Positions 42,291 to 53,600 of a stretch of DNA of 64,000 bases are shown here, one piece after another (position 1 is the first letter of the stretch; each line of letters begins with the position of its first letter). A program made the translations under genes and the position numbers. The notes under the pieces are model-generated. The model ran no database searches and had not been told where the DNA came from. It worked only from the letters and a program-made list of their open reading frames with translations. The DNA lies in contig OZ176052.1 of the NCBI GenBank assembly GCA_964247055.1, forward strand, positions 5,022,001-5,086,000. The letters are read 5' to 3'. Origin of the DNA: Paragordius varius (Eukaryota; Animalia; Nematomorpha).

Positions 42291-43158
42291 ATATTTTTAA
42301 ATTTATCACAATGGTAAAAATATAATGATATAAAAACTCCACCCCAAAAGCTGTTTAATTGTTAATATAGTGACAAAAACGCAGCCTAGCACATAATAAT
42401 ATTGTGTTAAATTAGTTCATACAAAATATATATTATTACAAATATTTAATCTTTTATTAGTAAGCTTGGTTTACATCTCGGATGTTTATATTATTAAAAT
42501 GGATAGCACAAGTGAACCATGTACATTCTGCACAAAACTGTGGTCACAAAAGGATACCCTGTAAAATATTTTTTCAAATATATGAGAGAATTTCATGCCT
42601 CACGAGTGATATGAACCAAATATTACAGTTTTGTAATTGCTCGATATCGAAAAATCACAAAATTTTCGCACAGTATAGTAATTATTATTTTTTTAGACAG
42701 TGCTAAGTGCTTTAATACAAAAAATATAATTATTAGCAATTTATTACACGATTATTTTTTACATGATGGCATTTTGTGGTAGTTCAGTGGAGAAACTTGC
42801 CCCACCCCCCAAAAAATATCAATCTAATATATTTTTTTATCTGGTTATGCCGTGCGTTTTAAGTAAAAGTATGACCAATCTGTTTGTAGTTACCTTTTCA
42901 CCTGGCGCATTACTTAGATTCGTAAGGATAATTTCATATTTAAAAATAATAATATTTCAAGGACTTGGCATCCTGAGCCTAAAAAGTTATGCGTTCCTGG
43001 TATTTTTAAATATGATGGATAGTTTAAACCTGCCCACCCTAACCACCGCCAATCCTTGAATCTTAAAACGTTCACTTTCAAGTTAAAAATACTTTAATAA
43101 CTTATTAAAAGCATGAAAATTGAAAAAAAGAATTAGCAATATATCGTTATATGAGGCG

Positions 43159-44068
43159 CAAATGGCGGATTAATGGACGAAAAAGATATAATCGAGAAAA
43201 TATGATTTTTGATTGAACCAATATTTAGTTAGGCAGAGTTTTAGTAAATTAATCAGAAAATCATGTTAAAATTTCTTTATTTCGATTTTGTGTGAGCAAA
43301 TTTTATAATTCTATCTTTTTTATTCATTTGATTCGCCATCTACGCTGCTAATATAACGATAAATTGATCAACCTTTTTCAGCCATCGTGCTACTAATATA
43401 TTTTTAATTATTAACATTGAGAATGAATTTTCCGCTGTAGCAACCGTAACTGTTAAAGTCAAAAACAATAATAATGCTAAAATTAATCACAACTGGCTGA
43501 AACTGTTGGGTAATTGATAATTAATAGCTCTGCAAATTGCCAAGCATTGTTCCTTAAGCGAATTATAAATTGACACATTTGAATCGGAAAATATTTACTT
43601 AAATCTTTTAGATTAATTAATATTAATTTTTTTGAAGTGTTAATTTTTACTTCAATCATTTTAGTTAACTTTGATGGAAGCAGATATGAAAACACATCCG
43701 CTACGTTATAAAAACCGATTCTGTTTTAAATGAAAAATTGCGATATTCAAAATTTTATTGAATACATTTACTCTAAACTTATCATCTAAACTAGCAAATC
43801 TATGGTCATCGGCAAGTTCATCCATATGTCCTTTATTAATTATATTTCTTATCACTAAAAACAGGTTAAATACCCTATTTTATTGCCATTTCAATAAGTT
43901 TATATTTATCAATAATAATTTCATATTGCCATTATAATTACAATCAAGTAACCTTTACTTACTAATACCGTAAATAAAATAAGTTAACAAATTCAATAAA
44001 AGAAATAAAAAAAGGCTTTTGGGGCCTCTACTTAATGCTCCCCCTAGCTCCCTTCCGTTTTGCCATTG
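43159..44068 (-). mobile_element. Internally deleted hAT DNA transposon with C-terminal dimerisation-domain remnant
   Basis: Minus strand reads DDHRFASLDDKFRVNVFNKIL and LALLLFLTLTVTVATAENSFSMLIIKNIL...IIKFAHTK, matching the hATC motif FLTIPVTVASAERSFSKLKLIKNYL. Stops and frameshifts are present. The ends CAAATGGCGGATT / GCCATTG are weakly TIR-like. Confidence 0.75.
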
Positions 44069-44829
44069 GGGTTGTTTAATCTCCTCAAACTTTTTCGCAT
44101 CCATTTTTTCTTTAATTTGTTTAAATCGCTAAAATGGAAATAAATGTATATTATGGTTAAATTATAAGAAATTAACTTTAGTAAGTTTTAAGATTGGATT
44201 TTACTGGCAAAATATGGTATTTATTGATTTTAAAATCAGCTGTTTAGTTCAATCATGTTTAGAGTTGTCCAACTTTTAAACTCTAAAAACTGTAAAAATT
44301 ATTAGCTAATACATCATAACATTTTGACTAAAATAATTTTCAAAACACTAGTTTATTTAATGATTATGCTTTTAAACACAAAACTACCCCAATATGTCAT
44401 TGCGGTCAAAAAAGTGAAAAGGAATAAAGTGTATATACAGCTTAATATTTACGTATCTGTATCTCCAATTGCCCAACAATTATGTGAATTTACCAACGTT
44501 AATAATGTAATTGCATACGTGTCTGCCCATGATTCTTTCATTTTTATTAGTATACCTTCAATTATATCAGTCTAAAACCTTACCTTATACATATCGCTTT
44601 AAGTTCGCTCAAAAAATCTAGTAATTGAAAAAGCTAACCTCTAATTACAGAATAGCTAACTAACTGCAAAATATAACGCTACATATTGATATTCTGATTG
44701 CATACACACAAATCATGAACACAGTTTAAATTTACTCATTGTAGCTATAGCGTGCTTTACCAAAAATTATAATGCTATTTACCTCTGTAACTTTTTTTGT
44801 TGATTAGCATATTTTATTGGATTAAAAAT

Positions 44830-47800
44830 TTATTTGCGATTTTTATTTGAAATAGTTTCCTCAAAATATGCCATTTGCCTACTGAGATATTCGATCCTTT
44901 CTAAAGCGAAATCTAATTTGTTGTAATCTACGATGATGAGATAAGTGGGATTGGTAGGATTTTTAGATTTTGAAGTAGTTGTGTTTCCACCTCCTCCCAA
45001 AACATAATAGCTTGCAATCTGATTTTCCTCGCCCCCAAATATCTCATCAAATTCAGTTTGGGGATTCACCATTGATCGTATTCTGCCATTTTTAAGATCT
45101 TCTGGGGTTTTGAAAATCAAATTTTTGACACTTTCGGCAATGTTAGAAACATTGTATTCTTTTTTCTGCGAATCCTATAAAAAAAATTTAAAATAATTAC
45201 TTATTTCAAACTTTTTGTTGACCCATTTATACCTATTTTTGCAAAAAATGCTATTGTGTCTCCTATCCAAAATATATTTTTTTTGTCAAAACATTGAATA
45301 TTCTTTTGAGTATGCCGACTAGTAATGAAGATAGGGTTTTAATGTACATTTCATGTGTAATATTTAATGCGGTTTTCGGATAAAAGTTAAATAAGTATTA
45401 AATGCTATTAAATATGGTTTGTTAGTTTTTTTAATTTTAATTTTGTATCTAGCAAATAAATTTTTTCAACCGAAACAACATTTATAATACAATAATAAAA
45501 ATGGATACAAATTTACTTCTTTATATTGCACCAATTTTCCTTCCAATAGTTTCGTATTTTTTGTCATTAATTTGTATTCATCTGTACATTCAAGGCAAAC
45601 TAAATTTTGTCAAAAATTATCGTTACATTTTCATTAATTAAAGCTAAAATATGATTATTCTATATTATTTTTTGTGTTACTTAAAAATAAAAACCATTAA
45701 TGTAATAAATTATTGGGTGTCCAACGCGCAGCTCGCGGGCCGCATTGGCCTCCGAGATGTTATCTGCGGCCCGCGAAAAATTCGGAAAATTATACATATA
45801 AATATGAATTCCAGAATTAACAAAAATATGCTCATAAAATCTTAGTAATATTGATAATAAGTCTTACCAATTGGTCACGAATTGGCAGAAACTGATAAAA
45901 TAAATAGTAGTTAAGTATTTTGCATAACGGATAAAAAATTTTTCGCCCCTAGATTTTTCAAATGCCCGCGAAGCCATTCGTATTTAAGACCCCTGATTTA
46001 AATAACTAAAGATGTATACATTTGCAATTTCTTTTGTTTTCTTTGTCCAAAGAAAATCCATAATGACATGCGCATGTATAGGAACCAGGGATGTTGTTAC
46101 AGATATGATCACAAATACTTTTGTTTTGCGTACATTCATCAATATCTAACAACAGAATGATTACAAATTATTATTGATTACCAATGTTAAATAAAAAATG
46201 TATGATAAATACCCTTGTCACATAGTTTTCCTGTCCAGCCCGTCGAACAATTACAAACGTTTGGTTCGATACAGTTTCCGTGTTTGCAGGGCGGTTCACA
46301 TAATGCTTAAATACGGGATCCAAATTAAAAATGAAACATAAAATTGTTTTTTTTATTTGTCTTGTATAGTAAAGAAAAAAGACATCTCTTTTTATTAATG
46401 TTATTCAATGGTAATTTAACAAAGAATATAAATCGTGCAATTTGTATATCATTGATTTTTCACAGAAAGGCGATTAAATGGAGTAAATTATATTCTATAT
46501 ACATTTATTTTTTATATAAAACCTTATTATCACACTTTGATTATTAGATTTTAAAAAATTTTAATGTATTGTAAAAAGTCTCTATTTATATACTCTGTTT
46601 GATTTGACGAATGGTTGATTATTAGAAAACTTTTACGAGAAAAGTCGATCTATCTTGTATAAATTATTTTACCAGATAATTTAAATAAATAAAAAAATAT
46701 ATATTTTATACCAAAATTTTATAGGTTATTTATAATATTTACTTGCTATATTGCCATTATAATGTTTGGCATTATTAGCAGATAACAAATTTTTGTTGTA
46801 AAACAGTTCCGAATAGTTTTTGTTTTATATTTTTTCATTTACAAAAGCCTAATTATATTGAAAGAACAAATAGCCAAAATAACTATCAAGTCGGTGATTA
46901 TAAAAAATTTTTAATTTGAAGTTATAGGAAAATAAGATCGCTGTATTCAATTTAAAATAGAAAATATTTTTAATCGTTTAGTACCGCCATTCCGGTTCCA
47001 TAAACAAGCGAGTAATTTTAGTAAATGATTAAGCCTTTTATGAGCCAAGCTATCCCATTCGGTATAATTTGTTAAAATTTTAGAAAAAAATTATCCCAAA
47101 TAATGTGGGAATTTTGGTTTAATAGAGCTTAAAATTTGCCTGATTGTAAAATTTGATTATTTTAAAATCCCAATGGCACTTAACCTTCTATACAGGCTCC
47201 CTTTTCTTTTGAATACATTTTCCATCCAGGACAGCATCCGTATTCTTTTCTTTCTTTTTGCACAATTTGAATCGAAGGTATTTCTGTATTTATGAAACTG
47301 TGACCCCTAATAAAAATGATAAAAAATAATTTTATGATTAAAACGCGGTACACACATTTATTGGGTATGAAAAAATGAAATAAATATAATGGACGCTTTA
47401 TCAAAAAATTATAAATTTATTAAGAATTTCAATATTTCTTTAAAAGTGAATAAATAGTGAGTGATCTATAATAGCTCTTATACGATTGCCCGTTATATTT
47501 CGATTTTTTAATATATTGCATGAAGGTGTAAATTACCAAAATACTATTCATTTTGTAACCCTGGCACCAAACTCAAGATAACTGTTCCATTTAATAATGC
47601 ATATTTTTTAAAACAACTGTCTTTCCATATGCATAAAACGCTTTCTTTGTCATCTCATAAATGTGACCATGTTTTTATTTTGGTCGAAATCAGATTCGGC
47701 ATGCTACCATTTAAATGTAATAATATTTGCACAATGAAAACTATCGTCAGTTTTTTTAATATAAAATGTATGTAGGATTTTTGAAACAACATGTTTAACA

Positions 47801-48044
47801 CTGTTGCCAACACCCCATCCATTAGATTTTATGACGAGTGATAATGAGTTTTATTATAGCAAAAGTAAACTTATACCGACAATTATAATATATCAAAAAG
47901 ACCCTTCCCATGCATATTGATCCATATTAGTCCGAAACCCTGTTTATTAAATCTTGTGAAATGCCCACTTATTTAAAACAAACTTCTGCTTGGCAAATTA
48001 TAAATAAATTCGCATGAAGATTTTTGGCTTAAGGTTCTCTAATA

Positions 48045-48101
<57 letters not shown>

Positions 48102-48572
48102 GCAGTGGTCAGAGTATGTGATAAAATAGCTTTTTATTAAATGCCAAACCCGAATGTATAATATGATAATATAACCAATTAGACATATTAAAATTAGATG
48201 GTAATATAATATTAATATACCGAAAAATACAATCCGTAGCCCATCCATCACATTTAGTTCCATTATGGAATGCAAAGTCATATGTTTCTTGAGAAACTTC
48301 TACCGTAATATTTTTAAATTCTTGATGTACATAAGTGTTTAGACAAACGGTGCTATAAATATTTTTGTTAAACAAACAAAGAATGGTTTAAATTTTGACA
48401 ATTAAACACCAAAAAATTAAAACCGTAATTTTGGAATGTCTTCAACTATTTTAGAATTAAAGTCTGGCAAAACTGGATAATATACTATGTATTCTTCACA
48501 ATAAATAGGCAAACCAACTATGATACTTATTTTGAAAAGAAGATTGATTATACAATTATCGTTTTTAAGCAT
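44830..48572 (-). CDS. EGFL7/8: EGF-like domain protein 7/8 homologue (signal peptide, EMI, EGF, cbEGF, coiled coil; 7 exons, 349 aa)
   Basis: Exons 48572-48424, 48352-48221, 47306-47185, 46305-46213, 46145-46020, 45599-45517 and 45174-44830 total 1050 nt and are phase-consistent. Motifs: TVC..KCDGWATDC..YGCCPGW, LCEPPCKHGNCIEPNVCNCSTGWTGKLC, DIDEC..CDHICNNIPGSYTCAC, and C-terminal ERIEYLSRQMAYFEE. Confidence 0.88.
45712..45995. mobile_element. hAT (Charlie-like) MITE in EGFL7/8 intron 5
   Basis: Left end GGGTGTCCAACGCGCAGCTCGCGGGCCGCAT; right end TTAAGACCCCTG. Confidence 0.75.
48044..48100. repeat. (TA)n microsatellite (others at ~9597, 11813, 28577, 31762, 53870, 56886, 57273)
   Basis: Direct inspection of the sequence. 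Confidence 0.95.
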
Positions 48573-48750
48573 ATAAAATATAGGATTTTAAAAATAATTA
48601 TTTATTAAAAAATCCATGGTAAGTTACATTTTATGTGTTGTACACATATAGAATCAGAAAACAACTGCATAAATTTTTTTAATCCATATATTCTTTATGA
48701 TTATTATTATATACTAACTATACAGCACATTAAAATCAACAGCGCACTCA

Positions 48751-50101
48751 TTATTTCATGTCATCAATCAAGCAAGTTTTGACTAGAATTTCTGTTACAC
48801 GATATGGATCGCAATTGCTGGCCGGTCGACGATCCTCCAAATACCCATGACCTTCTTCAGCCACTTGGCGTGGAATGCGAACACTGCATCCACGATTCGC
48901 TATACCAGATGTAAAATCATTTATGCTAGACGTTTCATGCAAACCCGTTAGTCTGCGTTTATTATCTTCTCCATTTTTGGCATCGTACACAGCTATGTGT
49001 TGGGCATGCCTTGCACTCAAGGAGGATATGTAGCGTTCAATAACTTTCATACCGGTTCCAGGTTCCCGCGTTTGACGCGTAGAAAAATTAGTATGAGCCC
49101 CGGCCCCATTCCAACCCTCGACGGGTTTGGGATCGAAGGAACAAACAACCTCATAGTCCTCGCACACGCGATTCAAAATATAACGGGCAAACCAGAGCTG
49201 GTCAGCGGCATCAATCCCATGGCAAATGCCAATTTGAAATTCCCATTGGGATGGCATAACTTCGGCATTAGAACCGGCTATACTCAGTCCGGCATGCAAA
49301 CAACTATTGTAATGGGCTTCTTCAATCTCGCGTCCAAACATTCGATCAGCTCCAACGCCACAATAATATGGACCTATGTTAGGGAGAAAAACTATTGAAA
49401 GTAAAATGTTTACCATCATATTTGATTTTAAAGTGACCTATTTCAGATCATTTTTTAAACGAGATAAGTAAGCTAAAGAAAAAAATTGTTATATGATTGA
49501 CTAGGAATTTAAACTCTAACGCATTTTTACAAATTAAAAATTGAATTATACTATATAAAATAACTAAACACCGTACCTTGTGATCGAGGAAATCCGTTTT
49601 TAGGCCACCCCAATGGATTTTTATCCAGGTCCATTAAATTGTATTCTTGTTCGATCCCAAACCAGGGTTCAGAATCAGCTACCATATCCATTGTAGTTTT
49701 GCACGTATGACGGTGGTTTGTTTCTGTCGGTGTTTTGTCATACCTCATGGTTTCACAAAGAACAAGCATGTTATTTCCTCTTTTGAATGGATCTCGACAC
49801 ACTGAAACAGGATAAAGATATATGTCTGAGTTTGATCCTTCGGCTTGATAGGTGCTGGATCCATCATAATTCCATATGGGATAGTCTATGGTTTGTTAAT
49901 TAACCATAATATAATGCTTAAAGTCAAAAAAATAAAATTTGTTGTGAAGTTACCTTCAATCTTATGGGGTAAAATTGGGAGTGTTCGTGTTTTGGCTCTA
50001 AGGTTTTCACCGGTACCATCAATCCATATATATGTGGCTTGAACAGTGGTGCCCAAGTCAAATGTCATATATTTATGATATAAGGAGTGTGGATTTTTCA
50101 T
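48751..50101 (-). CDS. GLUL: Glutamine synthetase, type II (3 exons, 359 aa)
   Basis: Exons 50101-49954, 49885-49577 and 49373-48751 total 1080 nt. Motifs: [80 protein letters not shown]. Confidence 0.98.
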
Positions 50102-50641
50102 TTTTTTTAAAACCGTAAAATATATTAAAGATTTATATATTGCACGTGAGTGATAATGTGTTATAAATCTAGAATGATGGATAAAAACTTTATTTGCTAA
50201 AAAGGATTAATATAACAAAATAGCTGCTTATATAGCTTGATAACTGCCAATTGGTAATATAAATGTAAATAAATTAGACGTTAACTAAAGAAGATAGTTT
50301 ACAAACCTATAAATTAACCATTTTAACCAATAAACATTTAAGTAAGTATATACTTTAAATGAATTGCAAACAAACAAAAATAGAGTTATTTGGTTAAGTA
50401 TTTATTTATTTCGTTTTATGCCATACAATAAATTGGAATCTTGACAATTTTAGTAGTATGATCAAAAATTGTAATAAAGAAAGTAATTATATCATACATA
50501 TAAAAAAATATTAAAAGGCAATATTAAATATAAATATATAATAATTTTGTTAAAAGGATTTTATAGCGTTGCCAAATGCAACATGTTTATATAATCTCTA
50601 AAAACTCACATAACATATATAAAAAAGTATTTTAGTTTTCG

Positions 50642-53600
50642 CTAAACTGTGCACACGACACATGGTAATATATCCGTTTTGCAATGTAAGGATGAATCAT
50701 GGTCATACCAACAAGGCATTTTAACAAACGATAAGTACGGCTCATTCCCAGGAGCTGTTTGATAAAATGTGGCATCAGATGATCCCGTGTAAGATTTGCT
50801 TGGCTCCAAATCGACACATAGGTACTCAGACCATTGATAATGACTATATTCTTCGTTATTTGAATCTTTCAAGTTTTCTTCATAGTTATAAGGAGGACTT
50901 CTAGCACTGTTTTTATTTTTGGGTGATGTTTTGGCAGCAGATGAGGCTGGTATATACTTAACGTTTCGTTTTTTCCATGTAAAAGGTTCAAATGGATTAT
51001 TGGAGGATGCTCCGTAGTTGGTGTAACTTTCTCCATCTACATAAATAAATATATTTAAATAAATATATTATAAGAAATAAGCTATAAAATCCATTTAATA
51101 CAAGTAAAATAAGATAATAACAAACTGTTGTAGGGTAATATATCCTCATGGGCATATCCAGTCCCTTGATGATTGATTTCATTGTTACTATAACCACCAT
51201 GATACGTATCATATCCGTGTCCAAAAGAAGCGGTTTTATAAGTTGGTTTACGTTCGTGTTGAGTAGCCGCTAAGAATCCTCGGTAAATTAGGGACCAAGA
51301 TGGAGGACATTCATACTTTCCAGCTATCATAAGGGATGATGTTGCACCCGTTTTAACACACACTGTGCATAACAAAGGTGGGGGTTTAGGCTTGCTAACC
51401 GGGGTTCTGGATGATTTTCCGCCTCCCCAGCGTTTATAATTCCATTTTATATGAGCCGTGGCAGAGTGTAAATCATTCTGATCGAGCGTAAGTGAATCTT
51501 GTAAAATGCTTATGGCTTCGACATGAGCCAAGTTTTCATGCGATTCCCAATCATAGTCATGATTGATTTCCTGACCGTATGAATGGGGCAGCAATTCCGG
51601 GTCATGTGGCAAACAAAGTATATTACGGCCGCCACCGGCCCCCGTAGCATGATTGAAAGTAGATGTTACACTGATACCTTAATATATATGTTAATATTTC
51701 TTGGTTATCATTTTCAAATTATTAATAATAACCATGTTTTTTGTTAAATATGCAAATAATTTTATTCTGAATATTTAATATGAGTTATTTGATTATTAAT
51801 GATTCCAAAATATATCATTTTATCACCTGCATATAATTTTTCATCACCATTGGCACAGAAATGTTGATCCCCATAATGGACGTATTTCACTGCAGGTACA
51901 AACTTACTATTTAATATATGAATGTATTACTGTAATATTATTTATTTTTCAAAGACGCAAAATTTAAATGTGTATATAGGTTATATATGAAATATAATTA
52001 TTTAGTTCCTTTTTAACAACCTAATAATTGGAATATTTTGGCATTGGCAAGCGCTATCTTTTCCATTGTCACCGTCAGGACCAGGAATGCCATTTAATCC
52101 AGGTAGTCCTATACTTCCCTTTATACCCGGTGGACCTTGTGGTCCCGGTTTTCCTGGAATCCCGACAGGCCCCTGTGCTCCATTTAAACCAGGTGGACCC
52201 TAAACAAACAAAATTATTATGATAACATTTATTTTGGTGCTTGTATGTCTTAATTTAATAAATAATTTTACCAATATTCCTTTCAGTCCGGGTAGGCCCG
52301 GGAGCCCCTGTAGTCCTTTCGGTCCATTGTCACCAGGCGGTCCGACCAGTCCTTTCATTCCTGGAGTTCCAGGCTGACCTCGAGGCCCTTTTTTGCCTGT
52401 TTGTCCAGGAATACCTGCATGACCATTATCTCCTTTAACACCGGGTGGTCCCTAAAACATGACAGATACGTTTTTTACTGGCTGAAAATCAATCACTAAA
52501 CATATTCTTTATCACAAAAATATGGTTTAAATATTGCTATAATAACTTTTAACTAATAAGATGTCGTTATTTGTCACCATGCAACATGGTTTAAAATATT
52601 ATTTATAAAATTAGGCCATATAGCATTCTACATTAAAGATAATTCACATATATAAAATTAATTCATGGTTAAATATTTACATCTGGCCCTCTAGCTCCAC
52701 GATCACCATTTTTTCCTGGTTTTCCGGGCCAACCTTTGCGGCCGTCTCTTCCATCTATACCTGGCGGACCAGTTTTACCCATTTTACCCTGAGGCCCTAT
52801 CAAATTATATAAAATATTTTTCTATGATTGATCCGTAACATTGTCTATGTTAGGAAACTTAAAAATACGCAAGCATTATATAAAATAATTTATCAACATG
52901 TTTGTCGCACAGTTATATTATACTAAATATAAACGTACACCCTATTATATTAAAAGCAAGTATTATGATCATAATATTAATCAATTTTATCAATAATTTC
53001 TTTTAGATAACATATATAACCTGGATCTCCAGGAGGTCCTGGAACCAAACTATCATTCCCAGGGGCACCGTCTTTCCCAGGTTTACCGGGAACGCCTTCA
53101 CGCCCAGGTTTTCCTGGTTTTCCAGGCAACCCATTTTTGCCGGGCGATCCCATTTTACCAGAAATGCCATTTTTTCCAGTAATTCCATCTTTTCCGGGGT
53201 TTCCAGGCTTACCTGGCATTCCATCCTTCCCTGGTGGCCCAATAACAGTTTCGTTGGGACTGTTGCCTTTACTCCCTTTTAATCCCTAATAATGTCACAT
53301 TTATGTGAATAATGTAAGTTTTACGATCACTATGAAAAAAATTATAAAAGTATAACTAATATCACAATGATTTATTTAAATTTAGATCTAAAAGCTACGA
53401 AAAACTAGTGATCAACGAACAACCATTTGTAGTAAAACAGTCATATATTAATCACGGGACATTAATAAAATTATTAATTAGGTTTTTTGGAAGGTTATGG
53501 TGATTTTTCATGCAAATATAAAGTATTTTGCGTTTTTAAGATGTATTAATACGGTAACTGATAATGATTTTTAATTGAACAAAATCAATAAACCCTAAGT

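Noticed and set aside
42763-43059. 98-aa plus-strand ORF
   Set aside because: Coincides with a degenerate MITE-like element with GC-rich ends and has no protein motif.
48997-49398. 133-aa antisense ORF over glutamine synthetase
   Set aside because: Typical antisense shadow of a GC-richer coding exon, with no motif.
53003-53242. Alternative-frame ORFs over collagen, FIP1L1 and coronin exons (also 16432-16626, 18420-18608, 50632-50817, 57336-57572)
   Set aside because: Off-frame readings of real exons or of the RTE fragment, already explained by the annotated features.
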